From contig NW_026515680.1 of NCBI RefSeq assembly GCF_025526975.1, positions 744,001-786,645 on the forward strand: a stretch of DNA of 42,645 nucleotides, in the 5' to 3' direction. The stretch is from Fimicolochytrium jonesii. Taxonomy: Eukaryota. The notes beneath the pieces were generated by a model. It was not told where the DNA came from and did no database searches. It saw only the letters and a list, made by a program, of their open reading frames with translations. This document shows positions 1-11,943 of the stretch, piece after piece. The number at the start of each line of letters is the position of its first letter. Position 1 is the stretch's first letter. The position numbers and the translations under genes were made by a program.

Positions 1-1585
1 GCAGGCGTTGCAACGTGCAGGTACGAACATCAGCACTTCGAGTCCTCATTGATGCAAAATCTCACATCGCTCTTGTTTCCACACAGAACGCCTCGACCAA
101 ACCCAACACCGCAAAAAACAACAGCTCGCCGAGAAGTTAAAGAAGATCAACGAGTCCCGCAAAGAGCTCGGTCTCGCCCCCATCGACCCCAACGCACCAC
201 CGGTATCGCAGCCGAAACCAAAAGTCGATGATGTGGAGATGAAATGGTATCACCCGACGTTTAATCCGCATGGACCGAAGAAACCGGCGGGGTGGAAGGA
301 GGAGAGTAGTAGTGGGAGTGGGAGTGAGAGTAGTGAGGAGAGTGAGGAGGAGAGTAGTGAGGAGGGGGGGAGTGAGGGTAAGGGATATCGTTTTTGAGGG
401 GGGTGGGTGTAGTTATGGGAGGTGGAACTGACGGTCATATTGGAAACACAGCTGAAGACGCACCAACGCCAAAACGAGAGCGCGATGACGCATCACCATC
501 AAAAACGGACGCAGAGCCAGCCCTGAAATTCTCCGATCTGGCCTATATACCCCTCCCCTCCTCGCCAGCCGGGAAGAATGCCGAGGCGCAGATCTACCAT
601 ACGCTGGAGCTTCCGGAGATCCGGAATAAGGCTGATTATATGCCGACGGAGGCTGGTGGTGGTGCGCAGAATGCGGTGAGACCGCCGTTACCGCAGCATC
701 CGGTGATGATGCCCCCACCGCATATGCAGCAGGGGTTTGGAGCGTACCCGCCGCCGCCGCCACCGTTCAGGCCTGGGATGCCGATGCCATGTGAGTTTCA
801 TCGTATCTCCAAGTATTCACTTGGTTAACAGTTCACTCAACACCTTGTCTCATTCATCAACAGCCCACTTCGCCCCACCCCACCCCTTTCCCCCACCCTT
901 CCCACACAACCTACCCCCCGGGCCCCCACCAGGGGGTCCACCACCCTTCCGCCCACCCTTCCCCTACGGCATGGCCCCACCACCCCACTTTGCCCGCCCA
1001 CCACCACCACCACCGTTCGGCTTCCAAGGCAGACCCATGCCGCCATACCCATACCCGATGCCGCCACCGCAGTTCGGTGCACCGCCACCACATCTCTCAG
1101 CGCCGCCTGCTCCCCCGTCTCATGAAGCTGGACACCCATCACCAACACAACAACCCCAACCCCAACAACCGAAAGTCATAGCAGCAGCACCCAAACTCCG
1201 CGACCTGCACGCCGAATCCGTGAAACTAGTGCCTACAGCCCTCCGTCGCAAAAAACCCGCTCCAAGCTCAAAGGCACGACTTGCCGCCACCCCGGGGTCA
1301 GCTACCTCACAATCACAATCACAACAACCGTCGGTGATACAGCCGAGCGCGGTCAAGAAACCCCGCGTGAACGCCGCGCCGGACGTCGAGAACCCCGATA
1401 CCATGTCCGGGATCAGCTACACCGCGTTCCCGACCCCAGCCACGACTGTGGGCACGGGGAAGGTGCTGCCGACCTTGCAGGCTGTGACGGCGGCGAAGAA
1501 GAAGGACGGGGGTGAGAAGACGAAGGGCAAGACGGCGAATGATGAGTATGAGGAGTTTATGCGGAGCATGGAGGATTTGTTGTGA
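1..1585 (+). CDS. WBP11: WW-domain-binding protein 11-like splicing factor, 5'-partial (exons approx. <1-20, 87-377, 451-790, 863-1585)
   Basis: Spliced frame reads ...KWYHPTFNPHG..., an acidic/Ser tract, a Pro-rich middle, then AAPKLRDLHAESVKLVPTALRRK and C-terminal DEYEEFMRSMEDLL*. These motifs are typical of WBP11/Npw38BP. Introns are GT-AG. Confidence 0.8.
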
Positions 1586-2102
1586 GCGGGGAGACGGGAG
1601 GGTGGGAGAGGCAGTGTAGGACCCATATCGATGCGCGTAGGGTAGGCGTAGTATCTTGTAGCGAGTATGGGTGGTATCATGTTTGGGCCTATTGGGCGTC
1701 CCCTCAAAGCTGCATTTTTCGTGCCAAAGATGGAGTGGTTCGGGTCTACCCTTAGTGACATGGATTCTTGACTGTGAGGAGTGGGCAGCGCGAGACTCCT
1801 TGCTGCTGATCAGGACTGCACGCCTTCCATCTGTCTGCGTCCCCGAATGTTAGCACATCCTACTGCACCAGCCGCGCTCCCAAGAACGCACAGCGGTGCC
1901 AGTCTAGTAGCATCCCGTCCAACCCAAACCCCGTCGCACTCCTGCAGAGACTCTCTTCCATCCACTCCTTCCCCTCCTCAAATGCCTCCCTGGGCCCACT
2001 CATCCCCCACACGATTTGTAGAAAAATGGGATATATTTGGTTATTTCGATATTTGTCCCTCACAGGGGAGTCGAGTGTTGCTCTATGTGACCGTGGAAGT
2101 GT

Positions 2103-3156
2103 CTATTCCTCGGCCTCGGGTTTCTAAAACGAAATCGAAATGAGTTGGGGTCCATATGAGAAGATGAGGACGGGGAATGCCACTTACGGGGTTTCCTGCG
2201 GGGAAGTAGAACAGGTTGTTGTCTCCCCAGGGGTTGGCCTGATGAGATATGGAGCAAGATCATCATGTCAGTAGGAAAGTCGACAGGTTGTGTTTCGTTC
2301 AGCGAGGCGATGGACTGATGAACGTGAGACAGTGCTCGCTCCGCTCGCGACATGGAGATATGGGCGATGCGCGGAATATGACCGATTTTGTTTCGCTGTC
2401 GCTCACAGTTGAAGACAGGGGCTTGCTTTGCTCGCCTTGAAAGCACGGTTGTTCGCTGCCGCTCAAAAGTGTTGCTCCTTCGACGCGGCGCTCGCTGCGC
2501 TCGCCGCGGAACACCAGCATCGCTCCCTGACGCTCGCGGCCAATCCACTCGCCAACACCACCACAAGAACAACCCTCGCTACGCTCGGTCACCACCCTGG
2601 CTATCGCTCGATAACCATCACTCGCTCCACTCTCGGTGCCCCAACATACATTCTTCCGCTTGCGCAAGTAAGGAATAGCCTTCCATTCCAGCGGGTGTTC
2701 CTTGATATGGGCAATGTGTTTGATTTCCTTAGGACCGGTGAAGTAAGCGACACCGGCGAGGGCGGGGAAGACGAGGAAGATGTTGATCTTCAACCATGAG
2801 GAGGTGGCGTCTAGGGGAACCAGGGCGAATTTTTGTCAGCGAGGGTGGAATTTCGTAGGGCGGTTATGCAATCCTGTCTGTAATTCGCGATTCGGGATTC
2901 CCAGGCACACATTGTTTGCTGCTTTCACCACCCAGTTCCAACTTCCTGCCACTAAATATCCATCATAACCAGACGTTCCCCTCAGTGCCCTCAGACGCAT
3001 ACCTTTAGCGTGGTGCCTAGCGTCGTGGTTCTCCTTGAGCATGACGGATTCGAGAGGGGGCAAGGAGGATTTGGCGGGTGTGGCTGAGGCTGTGGTGGCC
3101 ATTGACCTGCGCTGGACTGCGCGGCGAGCGAGGACGAGACCCGAGCGGGAGTTCAT
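2103..3156 (-). CDS. COX6A: Cytochrome c oxidase subunit VIa (exons 3156-3003, 2810-2650, 2238-2188, 2123-2103)
   Basis: Four exons join in frame: Arg/Ser-rich presequence, HHAKDATSSWLKINIFLVFPALAG (TM), IPYLRKRKNANPWGDNNLFYFPAGNPKPEAEE*. Matches the COX6A/Cox13 pattern. Confidence 0.9.
2334..2635 (-). repeat. Dispersed array of about 9 GAGCG-N(1-2)-AGCGA motifs in COX6A intron 2
   Basis: On + strand: gctcgctccgctcgc (2334), ttcgctgtcgctc (2392), gcttgctttgctcgc (2421), ttcgctgccgctc (2452), gctcgctgcgctcgc (2490), ctcgctacgctcg (2575), plus weaker copies near 2520, 2600 and 2621. Confidence 0.7.
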
Positions 3157-3550
3157 TGTGCGCTGTGTTATTGCAAGAGTGCTGGGTTGTGTATTGGATT
3201 TGTTGTTGGGAGTTTGCGGGAAGGGAAACGAATGAGGTTTGCGTTTGCGTCGTCTGTCTGTCTGTCCTCAACCTGGTCCTAAAGGGTCTGTGAGGGACGC
3301 AGGAGGGTGCGCGATTAAGCGGGAGCGCTCCTTCGCACGCACCTCCCCCTTGTGGCAAGTCGACGGTGCGAGGCTCTGGCGCGCACCCACGGGTCCAAGG
3401 CCAGTCATGTGACTCTGGGCGGTTTTAAATGGACGACCGCCCGGAGCAACCCGACAACCACCACCACCAAGGACGACGACGAACGACGCTTGCATCTGGT
3501 GGGTTCGCACGGAACTAGAAGACACTCTCCCGTCACAACACTCTGCAGTC
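3157..3550. promoter_or_regulatory. Probable bidirectional promoter between COX6A and ATP5, with an RTCACRTG E-box at 3406-3413
   Basis: 394 bp between divergent ATGs. Near-palindromic agtcatgtgact at 3403-3414. Confidence 0.55.
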
Positions 3551-4686
3551 ATGTTCTTCACAAGGAACGTCGTCAAGGCTGCGGCCCCTATCGCCCAGGT
3601 AAGGAGAAGACCGCCCCTCAAGCAACTAAGATTCCACCACCAACTCGCTATCGAAGAAACGACGGAGGCGGTGCACATTTGACAAATCCCAGCGGGAAAC
3701 TAATGCGATCTTTTTCCCAACGGGACAATCAGCTCAGCCGGACCTACGCCACGGCTGCCACCGCCAAAGCCGTCCCCGTCCCAATAGCCCTCCACGGCAT
3801 CGAAGGCCGTTACGCAACCGCCCTCTACACAGCCGCAATTAAGAAGAACTCGCTCGAAAAGGTGGAGAACGACCTCAAGACTGTCGGCCAGGTCCTCTCC
3901 ACCCAACAAAAGTTCAAGACCGCCCTCGAGGACCCCCTTGTCAACAAGAAGGACAAGAAGGCTCTGGTGAACAGTGGGCTTGGGGCGGCCAAGTTCAACG
4001 AGATTACAAAGAACTTTTTCGATGTCCTGGCTGAGAATGGAAGGCTCGACCAGACTACGAAAGTCTTGGCCGCGTTTCAGCAACTCATGGCTGCTCACAG
4101 GCGTGAGGTGTCGGTGACCGTTATCTCTGCTAAGGTGGGTGACAGAGAGAGCGAGGACGAACGCAGTGGGTGTGAGCGAAGCAAGTTTTGGTTCGGTCGC
4201 GAGCAAGGCGAGCCACATTGCGCCAAAAGCGCAATACTCCCCTAAGCACGGCTCTAAGCGAGCCTCAGCGAGCGAAGCGAGCACCACATTGCGTCAATAA
4301 GGCGCAAGATTCCCCTGACCCACGCATTGTTCCAACCAACCCAATGAACCTTCGCTCATTTATTCAACCATATGTGACCACTCCTGAACTTCCCTACAGA
4401 CCCTCGACTCGAAGACCTCTTCCACCCTCGAAGGCATCCTCTTGAGGAGCAACCTGATCGAGAAGGGCTCCAAGGTTGTCGTCAACAACAAGGTGCGTAT
4501 GCGTATTCCCTCCTCTGCCGAACTCAGTTAATCAATCGCACACCCTAACCACGAAATCGTTCTTGTGTTTAGGTCGACTCGAACATCCTCGGCGGCCTCA
4601 TCATCGATTTCGGAGACAAAACCATTGACCTCTCTGTTGCGTCCAAGATCAACAAGCTTAACAGGTTGTTGACTGAGGCTATCTAG
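3551..4686 (+). CDS. ATP5: Mitochondrial ATP synthase OSCP subunit (exons 3551-3598, 3733-4134, 4400-4492, 4573-4686)
   Basis: MFFTRNVVKAAAPIAQ|LSRTYATA...LHGIEGRYATALY...NFFDVLAENGRL...|VDSNILGGLIIDFGDKTIDLSVASKI...*. All exon phases are consistent. Confidence 0.95.
4149..4325 (+). repeat. GAGCG-N-AGCGA motifs and a degenerate tandem duplication (period about 69 bp) with hairpin in ATP5 intron 2
   Basis: 4199 gcgagcaaggcgagccacattgcgccaaaagcgcaatactcccct versus 4268 gcgagcgaagcgagcaccacattgcgtcaataaggcgcaagattcccct. A further gagcgaagcaag lies at 4174. Confidence 0.7.
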
Positions 4687-5124
4687 ATACACGCATGCGA
4701 GGGATTGCCTTGGGACACATGGAAATGCATGAGTGATGAATATATACCGTATCATAAGGATGTGATGAGGGAGTTGTTGGGAGGGGTTTGTGTTGTTGGG
4801 GGGTTTGCTCGGGTCTGAAATCGGGGGACCTTGGTGATGGGGATGTCTGGTCGACAGTTTTTATGTTCGTGTACCTGAGGTGGGGGTGCGCGGACATAGC
4901 AGGACTGCACACGGCGGGTCGTTCAGGTCGCGTACCCGTCTTTGTCGCCAGGTCTGCCGAGCACAGGTATCATCGTCGATGCTTTCGCAGCACCTTGCTG
5001 ATCGGACGGGCCAGATCTCGCAACCACCATGACCGTCCCTCATTCACATTCAAAAAAAAAAACCATCCCCAAAATCCAATATATGTACAAATCCCAATTC
5101 TACCCTCCAAACACCCCCACCAGA

Positions 5125-6192
5125 CTAAACCAACCCCTCCCTCCTCCCCCTCTCGTACAAACTCAACGCCACAAACGCCTTCATATCCCTCGTAGCCCTC
5201 CACAGCTCGCTCAACCTCACCAGCCGCACGGTGATCCGCTCCCCTGAGGCTCTCAACCCGCCCTCGCGGCCTTCCAAACGTGTGATGTCATCGCGGGAGA
5301 GGGTTTTGCGAGCTAGGTAGATCTTGATGAACTCGTCGGAGCCGCCGGGTGAGGGGAAGATTCCCGCGGTGCGGAGGTCGTCGGCGTCGGATATGTGGTT
5401 TCCCGAGTTCGAGGTGTACGGCAACGCGGAGAGATCGACCAACTCGTCTTCATGGATACGGATCCCGCACTCTTCCTCGAGCTCACGCGCGGCGGTGCCC
5501 GCGAACTTGTTGTCTCCGTCCAGCATCCCCGCGGGAAGTTCGGCGAAGGAGAGGGAGGCGATCGGGATGCGCGGTTGGAGGACGAGGACCACTCTTTCCT
5601 CATCCTCCTCGGTAGTCTTGTCATCGCTATTATTGTTTTTGTCTGAGCCCTCAGGCCGCACGAGAACCAAGATGGCAACAGCCCCACCGCGCGCGAAGAC
5701 TATCCCGGGTATCTTGGCCTCCTTCTTCCAGCCATCATCAGCATTGGCGGCAGGAGGATGCGCGTCATCACCGTCTTTCCAAACCACATCGGCCCGGAAC
5801 TTGACAAACCCAATCTTCCCGCTGCCGAACGTGTCCACGTCTGTGACTTCCACCCCGCGGACATGGACGTGATCGCCTACATGCGCATTCGTGGTTGCAT
5901 CGCCCCGTGATGGCGAAGACGATCGGCGGTGTGATGACTCGGGATCCCCGGCTAGCTCACGCGACATCGCGGCCGTCCATGCCTGGAACGGCTGGAATTG
6001 TTGCACGGCTTCGAGATCGATGTGGGTGGCGGTGGGGAGGCGGGTTAGGGGTACTTGTTTGTTGTTGAGGGTGATTGTGTGGTGTGATGGGGACATGGCG
6101 TGGCGGTGGAGATTGAGAGGGCGAAGGTGGAGATGCAGACGGAGGGCGTGCCGGTGGGTGAGACGGAGTTGCTCGCTGGACAGTCTGTGCAT
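5125..6192 (-). CDS. Nudix hydrolase (ADP-sugar diphosphatase/NUDX14-like), apparently intronless; start could be the downstream Met (MSPSHH)
   Basis: Nudix box ELPAGMLDGDNKFAGTAARELEEECGI, plus GKIGFVKF, PGIVFARGGAVAIL, FPSPGGSDEF and GERITVRLV. Confidence 0.85.
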   Translation of the reverse strand: MHRLSSEQLRLTHRHALRLHLHLRPLNLHRHAMSPSHHTITLNNKQVPLTRLPTATHIDLEAVQQFQPFQAWTAAMSRELAGDPESSHRRSSSPSRGDATTNAHVGDHVHVRGVEVTDVDTFGSGKIGFVKFRADVVWKDGDDAHPPAANADDGWKKEAKIPGIVFARGGAVAILVLVRPEGSDKNNNSDDKTTEEDEERVVLVLQPRIPIASLSFAELPAGMLDGDNKFAGTAARELEEECGIRIHEDELVDLSALPYTSNSGNHISDADDLRTAGIFPSPGGSDEFIKIYLARKTLSRDDITRLEGREGGLRASGERITVRLVRLSELWRATRDMKAFVALSLYERGRREGLV

Positions 6193-6560
6193 AAGATAGT
6201 ACGGGCGATGTGGGTTGCGTTTGGGGGAGAGAGTGATGAAGCTGGGCGGCTTCAGCGGTTTCTGCCCCTTTTGAAGTAGGGCAAGGGGACGCGTACCGTC
6301 GAACGCTATCAGCGCCAGGTGCTAAAAACCACCTCACCGTATGTAAAAAACATGAAGCCCTCGGCTCCCTGAACTGTCGTCCATTTGGATGCCCATAATG
6401 GCTCGAAACCAATTGAAGGCAGGGCGGCTCAAAGGGGATATGGCTATAGAGAACATCGAGCGAACACCACCGGGGCATCACAAAGTTAATCATACAATCT
6501 TCTTTTCGCCTTCACCCACCGCAGAGGCAGAGGACAGCCATGACGAGACGAGATACGTAC

Positions 6561-6870
6561 GTGGCGAGCCACTCTTGCAGCTCCAACAGCACCAGTTTGC
6601 GAATCGTATCCTGCATGATAGGGATGAACTTCTCTGCGCACAGGGACCCCCGGAACGTCGTAGGACCGAAAAACTTGGATGTAGCAGAGGTAATACTCAC
6701 GCGTGCTCTGCGCAAACGTATACTGCATCACCGGCCGCAGATGCGTCGTCTGCAGTTCTTCCAGCATCTAAACCGGAATCATCCAACAAAGCCGGGTCGT
6801 CAGCGCTCCATTCAACAAAGGAACCGCACCCATTGATCCACACGCACCTTCAAAGCCGTGCGGTGATAAT
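6561..6870 (-). pseudogene. Orphan fragment resembling the N-terminal region of exocyst subunit Sec15/EXOC6 (exons ~6870-6848, 6767-6701, 6633-6561)
   Basis: Three GT-AG exons splice in frame to ...HRTALK|MLEELQTTHLRPVMQYTFAQST|QKFIPIMQDTIRKLVLLELQEWLA. This resembles the Sec15 segment ALKxLEELxxxHL...F...IP.MQxxI...ELxEWL as recalled. No continuation was found on either side. Confidence 0.6.
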
Positions 6871-7719
6871 TGTGTGCTAATCGTTTATATGCTTGACGAG
6901 TTCGGGGCTTGCCGTACGTTCAAATCAAATCGAGCAAACTGTCCGCGGCACCATTCCATTGTTCGGTGGTGCGAACTACATCACCTTCGGTTTGTCTAAT
7001 TTGGACACAAGCTTGTTGATGATAACCTCCCTGGCCACAGCTCATTTTCTCGGTGACTGTAAGAGTTCCCAAACACTTGGCGAAACCTTTTGTGTGCCTA
7101 AACGTGCTCCAATGCCTTCTTCCTAGCTCTTTTTCCTGACATGGAGAGTCAAGCTTCTAAGTAAGTATGCTATCAGTTATCCGCTTACAAGATCTCTCTT
7201 GCATGATGTCGCTGTTGATGGAGGCTTTTTCAATCTCCTCTGCCAAAGCATTTCTTTGCCAGTGTACATGTCCACTCCCTTCTCAGCATGAGCTGGTCCG
7301 CATCATGAATCAATCTTCCTGCTGAGGTACTGTACATGTGCGAAAAACATAAAGTATCCGTTATATCTGTGAGGCTTTCCGACACAGCGACAATATCCAG
7401 GACATCTACCAGTGTGTTGAGTTACACTGACTCTGCGCTGTTCTTCGGGTCGGACATGCCACTCGGTGCATCGCGCTGTGAGCGCATTGAGCTCGGAAAA
7501 TGAGGCTGCTCCAATAGCTTCTCTTATTCGGCGCTTGCCCAAAAAGTACTGCATGTCGGATTGACAACCCGTCAAACGCGGTGTCGAATTTTCCGTTCTC
7601 CAAACCCCGACGCAAACAAGAACCTAGAATTCAAGCAATTCGTCCCAGATGGACCCGGCGTTGTTCCCAGAATTACCTGCTATCGCAGAAAAGCATCACG
7701 TATATACCTACCACGGGAA

Positions 7720-9627
7720 ATGCGGTTACATCAATGGCTTCACATCTGGGTGTGGCTAATCCTGTCGACGGACGCAACGCCAGCGCTAGCGCCAGCCGGA
7801 CGGAGATCTGACCGATTGGAACTAGACGTACGGGAGGAGTCCGAGGATGGCAAACCATTCAGGTGGGTTTGGCAAACACATGCACGCACAATCACCTCGG
7901 CAGAGATCTAATCCACACCGGACTCCTCCCAGGATCCCCGTAACCTCCCCCGGCATGCGCGCCCACATGTCCAACCTGCAACGCATACAACCCCGCAGTA
8001 TCGACACCGAAGGGATGACTGAGCTGGAGCGGCGGCAGACTGTTAGTGAGGGCCTCATTGGGCACCGGGACCCGATTTTGGCGTTCTTTGGGAATGTGAC
8101 GTTTGGGACGGCGAGGGCGGGGATGGGGGAGCAGGTTTTTAGCACGCTGGTTAGTGTTGTGCGGGAACATGTAGGATGAGTCAAAAGCGCGGGTTTGAAC
8201 GGCTCAAATTTTCGAGCATAAATTGCTATCCGATACTCATTCTTCGAAAACATCCCCCCCCAGTTCGACACAGGCTCCTACCAACTCTGGATCCGCTCCA
8301 CAAAATGCACCACCCCCACCTGCGCGAACCTCCCCAAATTCAACGGCTCCCGCTCCTCCACCTACATCCCCTCGACCTCCCCAGCCCCCTCCATCTCCTA
8401 CGCCGACGGCACAAAAGTCAGCGGTCTTTACGCCACGGACACCATCACCGTCGCGGGCCTCTCGGTCCCTGCCCTCTCGCTTATGGAAGTTACGGAGACG
8501 AATGATCCCACGGGGGCGGTGTTGGATGGGATCATGGGGATGGCATATCCCACAGGTTCCGGGCGTCGCACGTTCTTCCAAGAGCTTCTGGCGTCCAAAC
8601 GGGTGGCGTCACCGACGGTGGGGTATCACATCGACGCGACGGGGTATGGGGGCGCGATGGTGTTTGGGGGCGTGGATAGGGCGCAGTTTGACGAGGAGGA
8701 GGTGATGTGGGTGCCGAGTTTTGGGTTTGCGCCGGATGGGAGTGGGACGGCGCCTTTTATCTTTTTTCAGGGGTTGACGGTGGGTGCGAGTTATCGGTGG
8801 GGGGCTGCGGGGGAGAGGGTGAGTGATGCGAAGTGGGGGCAGAATTTTCTGTCCGTTTTTGATACGGTGAGTGAGTGTAGAAGAGCCGTTTTACAAGTCA
8901 GGCAAAACTGGGGGAGCTTACCGAATATGAATTTGCAGGGGACGTCTTTCGCCATCCTCCCGAAATCGGTAGCTGATGGCATCCATCTGAATATGACCGG
9001 GGTATTCCCAATACAACAAGGTACGCACTTCCACTCACAACCCACATCTCCCAGTCCGCATATTCCTCAACATCTCACCCCCTCCCAGACGCAAGCACAA
9101 CAGTCTACGTAACCCTCTCCACGACCACTCTCGGCAACGTCACACTCTTCTTCGTCGGCCCCACCGGTACCCCCGTCCCCCTCACCGTAACCCCCGCCGA
9201 ATATATGCTCCCCTACACCTCCTCAAACGGCTTGCAGGGCTACCAATCCATCTTCGTTGGCAGCGACGCCGTGCGTACATCGTTGGGACCCAACGTCCCC
9301 GTTGTGGCGGCAATACTGGGGAATGGGCTGTTGAGGAGGTTTTATACGATATTTGATTGGGAGAATAATCGGACGGGGTTTGCTGTTGCGGAGAGGAGGG
9401 TGGGTGTTGTGGGGGTGTTGGGAACGGTGGCGTTAAATGGGGGGAAGGCGGTGGACGGGAAGAGTCCGTTTGAGAAGTGGTGGCCGACGGGGGCTTCTTC
9501 GGCGGCTTCGTTGGTGGGCGGAGGGTGGTGGGTGAGGGTGGGCTTGGCATTGGGGCCGACGTTAGGTCTGGTTGTGATGCCTGCCGCGATGGATTCTCTT
9601 TGTTCTTTTTGGTATGCTTTCTTTTGA
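7720..9627 (+). CDS. Secreted pepsin-family (A1) aspartic protease with hydrophobic C-tail (exons 7720-7862, 7933-8149, 8264-8866, 8939-9020, 9089-9627)
   Basis: Signal peptide MRLHQWLHIWVWLILS; catalytic FDTGSYQLW; DGIMGMAYP; second catalytic motif FDT|GTS split by an intron; ILGNGLLRRFYTIFDWENNRTGFA. Confidence 0.9.
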
Positions 9628-9821
9628 AGTATGAGACTCTAGAACGCTGAACCTGTACATATTGACAGTACACGCCATGTATATGCTGATGTTTCACAAT
9701 AAGGGGATGATACATCTACGTGCACCGATTGACAAAAAGTCATCTCCTACGGATGCAGTACGACTAACCTCACCCAAAACTCACAATACGCCGACCTGTT
9801 CTCCGTAATCCCTCCCCACAA

Positions 9822-11688
9822 TCAAGCGTCCTTCACACGAACAACTCGCATATTACTCTTCCCCGTCCGGATCACACATACGACCCCTTCAATGAGATCC
9901 TTCTCCGAAACCACAGCATTTGCTAGCGGCGTCTTAGGGTCGACCTGCCGTTGGTTAAGGTATAGACCACCCGACGAGTGAAGCTTACGTCCTGCGGCTA
10001 TCATACGTAACGACCATCAGTAAAGAAATCCTTGATTGCGAGAAAAAAGTCAGGCACACGTACATCTAGACTGGACGGCCCCAGCAAGCAAAGCGACACT
10101 GACGATATCCGCTCCGACCACCTTATCTCTCGGCACCGACACCATTCTCGAGTCGCCTTCGAAGGCGTCAATGATGTTTGCGGAAGAAGTATCTGTCAGG
10201 CTTTCGTCAAACATGACCGAGCTCATTGTTGATGCTTTTTGGCATGCGACCTCTGTTCAACGAATAGGACGTAAGAAGCAGAGCACGTCGACGTTCGGTA
10301 CATCAGCGAGTTCTCACCTCCATGAACCATCTCGGTGACTTCGGCCGCCAGTAGCCGCTGGGGAACGTGTCGGCCAGGCTTTTCCGCATGCCGCGTCATA
10401 GCGTCGGCGATCTTGTCGCGGGGCAGGAGGGTGAAGTAGTTCAGGTACTTTTCTACCTCCGAGTCGGGGGTGCGTCGAAAAAACTACACGGTTACATATC
10501 GAATAGCGTAAGATAAGACCTCGACGCAATACTTGTGAATAGGCGAGCAACTCCTACCTGGTAAAACTCATACGGGGAAACTAATTCCGGATCCAGCCAT
10601 ATGGCGTTCCCTTCTGATTTTCCAAACTTTTCCCCTTTGGCGTTGGTAACCAGCGGGAGGGTCAACCCATATGCATGCGGTTCGGCTTCTTGCCCCTCCT
10701 CAGCAGCGTTCGCTCCCGCTGGTGCTGCTACCCCAGCTTTCTTGCGAATCAGCTCCATCCCCGCCATGATGTTACCCCACTGATCACTTCCACCGATCTG
10801 GATACGACAATCCCTCGTCTTTTGCAGGTGATAGAAATCGTAGCCTTGCAGTAGCTGGTACGAGAACTCGGTGAAGCTGATCCCTTCTGAACTGTCGAGC
10901 CTCCTTTGCACGCTTTCCCGGGAGAGCATTATCGAGACGCGTGCCAATCTTCCTGCATCGCCGAGGAAGTCTAACAACGTCATGTCCTTCAGCCACTCCA
11001 AGTTGTTGAGGATGGCTATTGGCGGGATATCGCTTTCGGGAACCGTATTTGCCCGCCGCTTCGTCATGTATCGGTGGGCATTTTTGAACACAGCTCGTAG
11101 TTGCGCATCGATTCCCTTAATGTTCGCATTCAGAGTTTTCGCGTCTAACGCATTTCGCTCGACGCTTTTTCCACTCGGATCGCCTATACATCCCGTTGCC
11201 CCTCCTATCTGGCATCAATCACCCTTAGCTGGTAGTACCTAAAACAACGAAACATGGAGGCGTTCATACCAGTGCTATCGGTTGATGCCCTTGAGCCTGA
11301 AAGTGGAGCAGTGCCACTATCATCAGGAGGTTGCCTACGTGGAGGCTCGTGGCTGTTGGGTCAAAACCGGTGTAGACGGTTGCGCGCGTCTGTTTTAGGT
11401 AACTGGACAAGGTTGGACTGGGCACGACGAAGGTGGTAAGCTTTGGCTACTGAAGAGTGTCCCCTCTCCCTCGTGTGCCACTGTCGCAGCCGGGCTCGCA
11501 ATACTCACTCACTTTGAAACTGCGTTGAGCAAGCCACGTCCCTTCAGCGCCTCGACTGGAGTTTGCAGGGCATCATCACGGCACTTTGTTGTGATGTGGA
11601 AGGACCGTCTGTCGGAGCATAGTAGAGACCTCCTCTGACCAAGCGCAAGGCGCCGTGCAGTCGCCACCACCGCCGTTAGTGAGCGCAT
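9822..11688 (-). CDS. MSY1: Mitochondrial tyrosyl-tRNA synthetase, multi-exon
   Basis: Presequence [29 protein letters not shown] (HIGH motif); [40 protein letters not shown] (KMSKS motif); S4-like C-terminus. Confidence 0.93.
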
Positions 11689-11943
11689 GTCTCGTCTGGA
11701 TAAGCCTCAGTTTTCTGCACACGAGTTCCTAGTCCGGTTGCCCTCAGATGTTGCGTTCGCGAGAAAGAAGTTGCCATGACGATGCGACGCGCGTTTCCCC
11801 CTCGCCCTTCCTCCGTTCTCTCGAAATCGTCCACGTTCCAACAGCTTCTTCGTTCGCAGGGCAAACCCATAACACACGAACTAACACCCCGTTTCGGCTA
11901 GACTCGCGCGCCTCTCCTCGGTCGCTATCGTCGAATACCAACA

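Noticed and set aside
5125..6192. Intronless Nudix gene as horizontal transfer or retrocopy
   Set aside because: Composition matches its neighbours, the family is known in eukaryotes, and there is no clear poly(A) or TSD evidence.
6870..7700. Possible further exons or a transposon relic
   Set aside because: No frame gave a recognisable protein, and I saw no terminal repeats.
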